From: Candidatus Micrarchaeota archaeon
GTDB taxonomy: Archaea; B1Sed10-29; B47-G15
Direction of reading: 5' to 3'
DNA length: 64,000 nucleotides
Assembly (NCBI GenBank): GCA_003660975.1
Contig: QMVG01000002.1
Span: 1-64,000, forward strand
The position numbers were made by a program, and so were the translations under genes. Under the pieces are notes generated by a model. That model did no database searches, had not been told where the DNA came from, and saw only the letters and a program-made list of their open reading frames with translations. Each line of letters starts with the position of its first letter. Positions within the stretch are counted from its first letter, which is position 1. Below are positions 1-7,250 of the stretch, piece by piece.

Positions 1-969
1 AATTTACTTCTTAAAAAGAAAATAAAAATATTTAGTCCAGAATTTTTTATTACAAGCTACAGAATAGAAACTGTTCAGGATTTTTTTAGAGAACTTGAAA
101 TACGTTCTACTTCAGAGAGTAATAGAAAAGATGTAGAAAATATGAAAGATCTTTTACCTAGTATAGCACAAGAAGAGAATATAGAAGCTAAAGAGTACAA
201 TCAATGGAAAATATCTGAAATAGGAATAGAAAAATTTAAGGAGATTATAAATAAAGTAAAAGATAAAGCGGCAGTATGGTTTGGATTTAAAGGAACAATA
301 GATGCCGTGTTAAACAGAGTCGAGAAGGATAATGTAAAATTGCCTGATTATTATATAACATTAGAATGGTTATTAAAAAACTATATAGAAAATAAGAATG
401 GAAAGAAATTGTGTATAATAGTCTCTTCTGATAGAGAAACTTTATCAAAAATAATTATTGAAGTTCTTGAAAATTCATTGAAAATTAGAAGAAAAGGGAC
501 AAGAACTCATGATGTATTATTTCTCATCGACGAAGCCCATGAGTTCTTACCTCAAAAAGGAAGTGGAAAAGAAAAAGAATGTGCCGATACAATAGAAAGA
601 TTAACAAGGATGGGAAGAAAGTATGGATTAGGTATTTGTATAGCATCCCAAAGAGTAGCATATTTAAATACAACAGCTATATCTAATTGTCATACAACTT
701 TCATAGGGTCTCTTCCGAGAGATTACGATAGGGGTGCTGTAAAAAATGCATATGGTATTTCTGAAGATGTGCTTGCACAAGTAGTTACATTTCCACCTGG
801 TCATTGGTATGTAGTCAGTAGCGGAGCAACAGGAATGAATAACGTTCCAATAAGACTTATCACAGAAAATAAAGAAAAAAGACTTGCAGAATTTTTTAGA
901 GATAAAAATTTACTTTCTCCAGAAGCTGAGACATTTCTGAAAGAGAGAAAACTCATTAAAAGTGAGTAA
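1..969 (+). CDS. HerA/DUF87-like P-loop ATPase, C-terminal part (5' end outside the window)
   Basis: Frame open from nt 1; Walker B FLIDEAHEF, arginine finger RMGRKYG and CIASQR motifs typical of the HerA/FtsK family. Confidence 0.85.
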   Translation, partial: NLLLKKKIKIFSPEFFITSYRIETVQDFFRELEIRSTSESNRKDVENMKDLLPSIAQEENIEAKEYNQWKISEIGIEKFKEIINKVKDKAAVWFGFKGTIDAVLNRVEKDNVKLPDYYITLEWLLKNYIENKNGKKLCIIVSSDRETLSKIIIEVLENSLKIRRKGTRTHDVLFLIDEAHEFLPQKGSGKEKECADTIERLTRMGRKYGLGICIASQRVAYLNTTAISNCHTTFIGSLPRDYDRGAVKNAYGISEDVLAQVVTFPPGHWYVVSSGATGMNNVPIRLITENKEKRLAEFFRDKNLLSPEAETFLKERKLIKSE

Positions 970-1411
970 AATGTCCAAGAAAGCTTTATTGATTATTTCA
1001 TGTTCTAAAAATAAAAAGAAATTTGATAAGCCAATGCCGGCAATAATGGTTTATGATGGTCCTTTTTTCAGAATGTTAAGAAAATTGAATTTAAAAAAAA
1101 TTGAAGTAGATATAATGATACTATCTGCTAAATATGGTCTTATAGACATCACTACCCCTATAAAATTTTATGAACAAAAAATGACGAAAAAAATAAGTCG
1201 AAAAATATCAAAAAAAATTAACTCTAAATTAATGAGGATAGTTAAAACTAAGCAATACAAAGAAATTTTTATAAGTATGGGGAAAACTTACTATACTATT
1301 TTTAATTTAGAAAAAATCAATACAACAAAAATAGTTTATGCGAAAGGAGGGATAGGCAAAAAACTTAAACAAACAAGAGAATGGTTATTAAATTACGAAA
1401 AAAAGAATTAA
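962..1411 (+). CDS. DUF6884-like (YaaA/DUF328-related) basic protein
   Basis: LIISCSKNK...YDGPFF...ILSAKYGLI...YEQKM...GIGKKL pattern. Confidence 0.65.
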   Translation: MSKMSKKALLIISCSKNKKKFDKPMPAIMVYDGPFFRMLRKLNLKKIEVDIMILSAKYGLIDITTPIKFYEQKMTKKISRKISKKINSKLMRIVKTKQYKEIFISMGKTYYTIFNLEKINTTKIVYAKGGIGKKLKQTREWLLNYEKKN

Positions 1412-1423
1412 ATCTCCAAGATA

Positions 1424-1456
1424 TTTAAACTATTAATACTAATTTATACGTATGAA
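1424..1456 (+). promoter_or_regulatory. TATA-like box plus palindromic candidate operator over the RHH start codon
   Basis: TTTAAA about 25 nt upstream of ATG; palindromes TATTAATA (1431-1438) and TTTATACGTATGAA (1443-1456). Confidence 0.4.
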
Positions 1457-1772
1457 TACGTCAAAAGAAAAGTTAACAATAACTATTGATAAAAGAGTGC
1501 TTAAAGAATCGAAACTTGTTTCTAAGAATAAAGGAATCCCTCTATCCAGAGTCATCGAAAACTTTTTGAGATTCTTTAGTAATCCTTGGGTGTATTGTTT
1601 TAAATGTGGAGAGAAATTTGATACTAATAAAGGAGAAGTCTGTCCAAAATGCGGGTGGATTATTTGTCCCAAATGCAAAGCCTGTAGATGTTCATTAGAT
1701 GAAAAAACAGCTATACCAATTTTTTACATGAGAAAAGTTTATGAAGATTTACTTGGGGGGAGAGTGAAATAA
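1452..1772 (+). CDS. Ribbon-helix-helix DNA-binding protein fused to a Cys-rich Zn-ribbon domain
   Basis: KEKLTITIDKRVLKESK...IPLSRVIENFL is RHH-like; followed by CFKC, CPKC and CPKCKACRC. Confidence 0.7.
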   Translation: MNTSKEKLTITIDKRVLKESKLVSKNKGIPLSRVIENFLRFFSNPWVYCFKCGEKFDTNKGEVCPKCGWIICPKCKACRCSLDEKTAIPIFYMRKVYEDLLGGRVK

Positions 1773-1773
1773 A

Positions 1774-2469
1774 ATGAGTTTTCCAATAGTATGGATATAT
1801 TGGATAATAAGTTTAACAATTGTAACTTATGCAAGTGCCTATATTGTTAAAAGGTTCAAAGAACACGGATTTGCTGCATTAGTTGCGTTTTATACAATTT
1901 ATTTAGGAGCCTCGCAAATATTAGCCGCAAGAATTGTTAAGTTTGATTTAGGTTTTTATAGTTTTTTCGCTCCCGCAGCTGTATTTATTTACCCGTTTAT
2001 TGCCCAGGCAATTGATATGATTAACGAGGTTTATGGAAGAAAAAAAGCACACCTAGCGATAGGTATAGCTTTTGTCACGCAAGTTTTATTGGTTGTATTT
2101 ATTCTTATGACAAATAGTCTTTCTCCAGCACCTTTCTTTAAATTTGAAGAAGCGTGGAAAAATATATTTAATTTAGGAATAAGGATTACCGCAGCAAGTT
2201 GGATTGCTTTTTTGGTATGTCAAAATTTGGACGCTTTTGTTTTTGCATGGTTAAAAAGAAAGTATGAAAGAAGAGTACTTTTGAGGAATGTGACAAGTGA
2301 TATATTAGATTTAACTCTTGATAGCCTTATATTTGTGACAATTGCTTTCTACAGGGTAATGCCGATAGTACCACTCATAATCGGGCAAATAGTAAGCAAA
2401 AATATAATAGGATTTTTAGATACACCTTGGTTTGTTTGGTATAAAAAGATGTTAAAAAAGGATAAATGA
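1774..2469 (+). CDS. yhhQ: Queuosine-precursor (preQ0/preQ1) transporter, YhhQ/VUT family
   Basis: IYPF..Q.IDMINEVYGRKKA, R...AS..AFLV.Q.LD, D..IF.TIAF and DTP motifs; about 6 TM helices. Confidence 0.88.
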   Translation: MSFPIVWIYWIISLTIVTYASAYIVKRFKEHGFAALVAFYTIYLGASQILAARIVKFDLGFYSFFAPAAVFIYPFIAQAIDMINEVYGRKKAHLAIGIAFVTQVLLVVFILMTNSLSPAPFFKFEEAWKNIFNLGIRITAASWIAFLVCQNLDAFVFAWLKRKYERRVLLRNVTSDILDLTLDSLIFVTIAFYRVMPIVPLIIGQIVSKNIIGFLDTPWFVWYKKMLKKDK

Positions 2470-2486
2470 TGCCTAACCCCTCAAAT

Positions 2487-3182
2487 CTAGTTGATGGTTC
2501 CATCAACTTTGTCAACTACTAGAAAATCAGCAATCTCTTCCGCATTGTGCTTCTCCAGAATGCTATAAAATTTGTCTTTGCCAAGCATCTCAAAACAAAA
2601 TTCTATCGAAATGGGGAGCTTTTCTTTTATTATTTTCCTTGCGTATTTCGTATATGGTGGTGCTTCTTTGAGGACATCAATAATCCTTTCCAAGTACCAG
2701 GTTCCTGCCTCTTCATTGCTCCACTGTTTTTTTACCTGAATGTCTTTCACTCTTTCCACAGCTTCTCTGCCAACAGCATCTATCTTATCAGCATCATATA
2801 CAATTTTATCTTCCAGTGTCTGTGGTATGCCTCCCCTCTTATCACTTCTTGAATGCCTTCTTATCGCATTGCATATCCTCTGCCTGAGCTCTGCACTATA
2901 ACCTAATTCCGCCAGTATCTCATCTGCCTTCTCAGCGCTTTTTATTGCATGCTCTTTCGACTTTCCCTTTTCGTGAACTATGTCATGGAGAAGCAAAGCA
3001 GGCTCCAGTACTTCTAGGTTTGCCCCTTCTTTTTTCCCTATGTCTGTTCCTATTTGCCATACTCTTAGCATGTGGTCTAAGCCATGACCTCCTGTCCTAT
3101 TTTTATCTTTTTTTAGAAATCTTTTGAGCTTTTCAAAAACAAGCTCTCCTTTTTCTGTTACAAAATGCATGACATCATCCAC
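2487..3182 (-). CDS. HD-domain phosphohydrolase
   Basis: HGLDHMLRV...ALLLHDI...EHA...IRRHS...DADKIDA. Confidence 0.9.
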   Translation of the reverse strand: MDDVMHFVTEKGELVFEKLKRFLKKDKNRTGGHGLDHMLRVWQIGTDIGKKEGANLEVLEPALLLHDIVHEKGKSKEHAIKSAEKADEILAELGYSAELRQRICNAIRRHSRSDKRGGIPQTLEDKIVYDADKIDAVGREAVERVKDIQVKKQWSNEEAGTWYLERIIDVLKEAPPYTKYARKIIKEKLPISIEFCFEMLGKDKFYSILEKHNAEEIADFLVVDKVDGTIN

Positions 3183-3196
3183 TTTATAGCCCAGGC

Positions 3197-3226
3197 AAGC
3201 CGCACGCAGGAAGCCGCACGCGGCTT
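3197..3226. repeat. Short direct repeat and hairpin in the tRNA-Glu 3' trailer
   Basis: AAGCCGCACGC at 3197-3207 and 3211-3221; inverted repeat AAGCCGC-AC-GCGGCTT at 3211-3226. Confidence 0.7.
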
Positions 3227-3228
3227 AA

Positions 3229-3301
3229 TGCTCCCGGGGGGATTTGAACCCCCGTCTTGGGAGTGAGAGTCCCAAATCCTTGGCCGCTAGACTACGGGAG
3301 C
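3229..3301 (-). tRNA. tRNA-Glu (CTC), CCA not encoded
   Basis: Reverse complement GCTCCCGTAGTCTAGCGGCCAAGGATTTGGGA-CTCTCAC-TCCCAAGACGGGGGTTCAAATCCCCCCGGGAGCA folds into a cloverleaf. Confidence 0.96.
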
Positions 3302-4161
3302 TACAATATAGTGAGAAGGCTGCCAAGCACTATAATTATAGCTGAAAAGAGCCTTATTTTAATTTTGCTTTCCCCCAGCATTTTACCTCCTAAAAGCACA
3401 GAAAATAAAGGAGAAGTGGAGGATATAATAGACACTTTTGACAGCATGCCAAAACGCAAAGCAAGGAATATAGACACGGTCGCTGTTGTGGTAAAAACAC
3501 TTCTGACAAACACTGCAAACAAATTGCGCTTATTTCTGAGAAGCTTATTTAAGTGGGAAAGGCTTTCTTTTTTACTCAATACGATTGCAAATGCAATCAG
3601 CATTCTAAAGAACATCACAGTTGTTGTAAAAAAGAGCGAATTTTCTCCAACATAGCTTTTTATCAGCAATTTTAATAAAGCAGCCAACAGGACGCTTCCT
3701 GCAAGGAGCAATAAGACCTTTTTTTGATGAATGATCGTTGTGAACCCTTTTTTTGACAGATATATACATGCCCCAAGTATCAAAAGAGCACCCAAAAAGC
3801 TTTGAACATTTAGATTTTCATTAAGCAGGAAGATACCTAAAAAGATGACAAGGGGGAGATCGAGCTGTAATAAAGAATTAACATATGATGCCTCTTCATA
3901 TTTGGTTGCTATAACCCAAAGAAGGCCTGCTAAATACATGAGCACAGCGATTAGGAAAGAAACAGGGATTAGAGAGTAATCAATGTAAAAGCCCTCTATT
4001 GCAATAGTCATCAAAAACAGAAGAACCGTAGACAGCGTAAGAAAAGAAGCAGTAAAAGCATACGGGTCCAATCCCTTTCTCATAAGGTATCTGCTGGCAA
4101 TGGGAGTTAAAGCCCACGAAAGAGAAAGCAAAATGCCAAAGAAAAACCACAACATTTGCAC
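3301..4161 (-). CDS. EamA/DMT family transporter
   Basis: About 10 TM helices in two repeats; P...IFLGIFLLNE and PLFSVLLG...LGE motifs. Confidence 0.88.
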   Translation of the reverse strand: MQMLWFFFGILLSLSWALTPIASRYLMRKGLDPYAFTASFLTLSTVLLFLMTIAIEGFYIDYSLIPVSFLIAVLMYLAGLLWVIATKYEEASYVNSLLQLDLPLVIFLGIFLLNENLNVQSFLGALLILGACIYLSKKGFTTIIHQKKVLLLLAGSVLLAALLKLLIKSYVGENSLFFTTTVMFFRMLIAFAIVLSKKESLSHLNKLLRNKRNLFAVFVRSVFTTTATVSIFLALRFGMLSKVSIISSTSPLFSVLLGGKMLGESKIKIRLFSAIIIVLGSLLTIL

Positions 4162-4179
4162 ACCCTCATGTGATACGGA

Positions 4180-4252
4180 TGCGCCAGCCGGGATTTGAAC
4201 CCGGGTCGTTGGCTTGGAAGGCCAAAGTCCTACCAGGCTAGACTACTGGCGC
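4180..4252 (-). tRNA. tRNA-Gly (TCC)
   Basis: Reverse complement GCGCCAGTAGTCTAGCCTGGTAGGACTTTGGC-CTTCCAA-GCCAACGACCCGGGTTCAAATCCCGGCTGGCGCA. Confidence 0.96.
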
Positions 4253-4321
4253 TTATTTTGTTCTGTGACATCCGCAAGCCGCATGGCTTTGCTTCAAAGC
4301 TAATCACAGTATATGGGATCG

Positions 4322-4393
4322 AAGATCCCATGCGTTGGTCCGGCGCAACGGACAATCAAAGATCCCATGCGTTGGTCCGGCGCAACGGACAAT
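4322..4393. repeat. Perfect 35-bp tandem direct repeat (period 37) abutting the tRNA-Val 3' end
   Basis: AAGATCCCATGCGTTGGTCCGGCGCAACGGACAAT at 4322-4356 and 4359-4393. Confidence 0.92.
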
Positions 4394-4465
4394 GGGTCCG
4401 GGCGGATTTGAACCGCCGATCTTCGCCTTGTAAGGGCGACGTCCTAACCACTAGACCACGAACCC
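4393..4465 (-). tRNA. tRNA-Val (TAC)
   Basis: Reverse complement GGGTTCGTGGTCTAGTGGTTAGGACGTCGCC-CTTACAA-GGCGAAGATCGGCGGTTCAAATCCGCCCGGACCCA. Confidence 0.96.
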
Positions 4466-4518
4466 AATATATTAATCTTTACATTTTCTAAATATATTCC
4501 TATCTTTGCCCGGAGGAA

Positions 4519-5724
4519 TTATGCCTCTGTGTAGACCTTAACAGGGCCATCATTTTTTATTCTTGTTTTTTTAACAGCTACCAAGTAGTCCACATTCTTC
4601 TTGTTCGCAATATCAACAAGCCTTTGAGTTACTATGCCATCAAATACAACTGCTTTGATATCTTCTCTCTTTTCCAATTCATCTGCTATGTTCCTTACCT
4701 CAGTTTCCAGCACTTTTTTGTCTTCTCTGTCTATGAAGAGGGCCTTCAGGCTTCCTTTTAGCGATTCTAGTTCCTTGCTGAAAGGCAATGTTTTGTTTCT
4801 CGCTTTGCTTTCCTTGTGGAAGCTTCTGTTCTGTCTCTCAAGTCCATGCGCCTCGCGACCCCTGTGATAGTGTCTTTGTTCCTTGCTGTGGTGAAAAACC
4901 CTGTCCATATACTGGTTGTATGGCATCTTGTTTCTGAGACATTTTAAAATCTCCTTCTTTGTGAGTTCCTCTACCTCTTTTCCATCAGGCGCCTTGGCCA
5001 CGTAATCTATTTCGCATGATTCCTCCATTTGCTTCAATATTAAATCGCCGCCCCTATCACCATCCACAAAAGCGATGGCTGTTTTCTGCTTCGTTAGTTC
5101 AGCTACGCTATCTGGTATGTGCTTTCCTTGGACTGCTATGGCATTTTTTATATCTGCTTTCAGTAGGTTTATGACATCTGCCCTGCCCTCAACTATTATT
5201 ATCTCATCACTGTCGAAAACATCTGGCCCGCAAGCAAGTTTTTCAGGTCCATATTCGCAAACCTCTGCAGTCTTAACGCTATCTCTTACCTTCTCGCTTA
5301 TTTCTTTGCTCTCAGGCACAGTTTTCTGTATCATGTTTTTAAGTATTTCCTGTGCTCTCTCAATTACTTGCTCTCTTTTGTGGCTTCTAGTGTCCTCTAT
5401 ATTTATAATCTTGACTTTTGCTTCACACGGTCCTACCCTATCCACTGTCTCAAGTGCTGCTGCCAGTATGGCAGTTTCCACTCTATCTAAGGAACTAGGA
5501 ACAGTTATTTTTCCAAACGACTTGCCGTTTTTCTTTGACATCTCAACATCAATCCTGCCAACCCTGCCGCTTTTCTGCAATTCCCTTAGGTCTAACTCTT
5601 CTCCCAGCAGACCCTCTGTTTGTCCAAAAATAGCTCCAACCACATCTGGTTTTTCAACTATGCCATCCATCTCTATTTGAGCGTGAATAACGTACTTTAC
5701 CGTGTCTAAATAAGTTTTTCCCAT
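4519..5724 (-). CDS. dnaG: Archaeal DnaG-type TOPRIM protein (exosome-associated)
   Basis: GIVEKPDVVGAIFGQTEGLLG, IIVEGRADV, DGDRGG, FDGIVTQRL; RBS GAGGTGA before ATG 5724. Confidence 0.96.
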   Translation of the reverse strand: MGKTYLDTVKYVIHAQIEMDGIVEKPDVVGAIFGQTEGLLGEELDLRELQKSGRVGRIDVEMSKKNGKSFGKITVPSSLDRVETAILAAALETVDRVGPCEAKVKIINIEDTRSHKREQVIERAQEILKNMIQKTVPESKEISEKVRDSVKTAEVCEYGPEKLACGPDVFDSDEIIIVEGRADVINLLKADIKNAIAVQGKHIPDSVAELTKQKTAIAFVDGDRGGDLILKQMEESCEIDYVAKAPDGKEVEELTKKEILKCLRNKMPYNQYMDRVFHHSKEQRHYHRGREAHGLERQNRSFHKESKARNKTLPFSKELESLKGSLKALFIDREDKKVLETEVRNIADELEKREDIKAVVFDGIVTQRLVDIANKKNVDYLVAVKKTRIKNDGPVKVYTEA

Positions 5725-6085
5725 GACCTTCACCTCTATATCTCTTTTTTATTTCATTGTAGCGAGGAACAATCTCCTCGATGTATTTTATTCCTGTCAG
5801 AAGCCGCAACTGGTGTCTATATGACGTATCCACGCTCTTTCCTTCGTCCTTGAATAATTCTTCAAGACGTTTTTTTATCTGTTCTCCTCTCCTGTCATAA
5901 TCCGTTAATATGATTGGGTTATCAACACCAGCAGCGGTCAACTGCAGGCTTTTAGTTATGGTTTTTATATTCGTGATGCCGAAAGATTCAAGAGCCACTT
6001 TGTCTCTTTTTCCTTCAACAATCTTAACTCTTGAATCTTCCCTCATTTCCTGTATCCATCTCTCAAGCCTTTCAAACTTGTTCAT
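5654..6085 (-). CDS. Small TOPRIM-domain protein (RNase M5-like)
   Basis: IVEGKRDKVAL...ILTDYDRRG. Confidence 0.85.
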   Translation of the reverse strand: MNKFERLERWIQEMREDSRVKIVEGKRDKVALESFGITNIKTITKSLQLTAAGVDNPIILTDYDRRGEQIKKRLEELFKDEGKSVDTSYRHQLRLLTGIKYIEEIVPRYNEIKKRYRGEGHGKNLFRHGKVRYSRSNRDGWHS

Positions 6086-6357
6086 AGGTTTAACCGTTTT
6101 TTTATCTCTCCTTTTTTAGCACGAATTAATAAAGTTTTCTTCGTGCTATGCTCTCCCTTGACTATCTCAACATCAGCCCCAATTATCTGCTTCAAATTGC
6201 TGAGCAATTCCCTGTTTGCTTTTCCCTTTAAAGGAGAAGCTTTTACTCTTATTTTCACCCTGTTCTGCCAAGGGTCCAAGCCCTCAATGCTGAATGCTTC
6301 TGAATGGGGCTTTATTTCTACATCCAGTAGACAGCCTTCTCTAATTTCTTTTATCAT
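6082..6357 (-). CDS. DUF167/YggU family protein
   Basis: VEIKPHS...IRVKASPLKGKANREL...IVKGEHSTKK. Confidence 0.88.
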   Translation of the reverse strand: MIKEIREGCLLDVEIKPHSEAFSIEGLDPWQNRVKIRVKASPLKGKANRELLSNLKQIIGADVEIVKGEHSTKKTLLIRAKKGEIKKRLNL

Positions 6358-6368
6358 CTTATCACTTT

Positions 6369-6496
6369 ATGGTTAAAAATAGGGCTTCATATTTTAGATG
6401 AATGAAGTGATGAGCATCAACCCTATTTTAACCATTTATGAATGGTGTGCTGTTGTATCCTCATCACCCTTCAGAGGATTTCACCCGCACACCGTT
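6369..6496 (-). ncRNA. Candidate structured small RNA with two hairpins; the first has a K-loop and is H/ACA-guide-like
   Basis: Minus strand GGTGTGC-GGGTGAA-ATCCTC-TGAAGGGTGAT-GAGGAT-ACAACA-GCACACC containing CTGA..GTGATGA; second stem of about 15 bp, 6369-6384/6421-6435; upstream TATA. Confidence 0.5.
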
Positions 6497-6514
6497 ATTA
6501 TTCTATTTTCTTGC

Positions 6515-6522
6515 TATATAAA
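6515..6522 (-). promoter_or_regulatory. TATA box (TTTATATA) upstream of the structured RNA and DUF167-toprim-dnaG unit
   Basis: Archaeal TATA consensus about 22 nt before the first hairpin. Confidence 0.55.
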
Positions 6523-6524
6523 TC

Positions 6525-6902
6525 TTATCTTTTTTGATAATTTTTTGCAATAAGAGATATAAACTCCCTCAACAAGGTGTTTTTTTCACTTTTCTTCAGT
6601 TTTTCCTTGTCTCCTGTTATTCTCTTTGCATAGGCAGGGCTTCTGCCAAAACCATAAACAAGCACAGGTATTGCCCCATGCTTCTTCGCTTTTTCTCTCA
6701 ACGTGTTCAAGCCATAAACATACAAGGAGTCTTTCTGCGTTTTTTTACATTGTATCAACAGTGTTTTGCCATTTTTTATGGCAATCAGGTCTGCAGGGCT
6801 CTTACTAGCTGGTAGACGAGTAACTATCCAACCAGCATTTTCTAAAAGCTTCTTGCTATTATACTCCAACTTATACCCTCTTCTGTAATTGACATTTACC
6901 AT
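6525..6902 (-). CDS. hjc: Holliday junction resolvase (PD-(D/E)xK), Hjc-like
   Basis: YRRGYKLE...LENAGWIVTRLPASKSPADLIAIKNGKTLLIQCK. Confidence 0.78.
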   Translation of the reverse strand: MVNVNYRRGYKLEYNSKKLLENAGWIVTRLPASKSPADLIAIKNGKTLLIQCKKTQKDSLYVYGLNTLREKAKKHGAIPVLVYGFGRSPAYAKRITGDKEKLKKSEKNTLLREFISLIAKNYQKR

Positions 6903-7246
6903 TAACTCACCAATTTCAAATGCCCTGTTATTCTGTCAATGGCCTCATCATCCCATGGACCAACACCCATGCAGGTTACAGTCCCAGGAGCTATCTGCGT
7001 TTTTCCTGCGTCAATAACAACCTGTTTTGGAATTCCCCTCAGCCTTTCTTTCATCTCAAAAAGCTCCTTTTCATCAGCCACATACAGCACTACTTTTTTT
7101 GCCCCTTCTCTTTCCCATTTCTTAACTCTTTTTTCATCTCTCTTTAAAGCCACTTTGTATGCAGCCAAGGAGGCATGGGCCACCTGAGCAGCCATTTTTC
7201 CTTTGGACATTTTCAGGTCTTTTCTCACCAATATAACCTGCTTCAT
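6902..7246 (-). CDS. pth2: Peptidyl-tRNA hydrolase 2
   Basis: KQVILVRKDLKMSKGKMAAQVAHA...DAGKTQIAPGT.T..GVGP...ITGHLKL. Confidence 0.96.
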   Translation of the reverse strand: MKQVILVRKDLKMSKGKMAAQVAHASLAAYKVALKRDEKRVKKWEREGAKKVVLYVADEKELFEMKERLRGIPKQVVIDAGKTQIAPGTVTCMGVGPWDDEAIDRITGHLKLVS

Positions 7247-7250
7247 TAAA

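Larger units (their letters stand above)
1..2470. mobile_element. Right end of a putative AT-rich genomic island downstream of tRNA-Glu
   Basis: Visibly AT-richer than the rest (sampled line 961-1020 has 14/60 G+C, line 5161-5220 has 25/60); accessory gene content; lies 3' of a tRNA; no integrase in the window. Confidence 0.55.

Noticed and set aside
4322-4393. 35-bp repeat as a mini CRISPR array
   Set aside because: Only two copies separated by 2 nt, no spacer and no cas genes in the window.
4195-4491. 98-aa plus-strand ORF
   Set aside because: Antisense to tRNA-Gly and tRNA-Val; not protein-like.
6369-6496. Hammerhead ribozyme, known riboswitch or canonical C/D sRNA
   Set aside because: No CUGAUGA plus GAAA core in the right geometry, no TPP, fluoride or preQ1 consensus, and no terminal C and D boxes flanking two guides.
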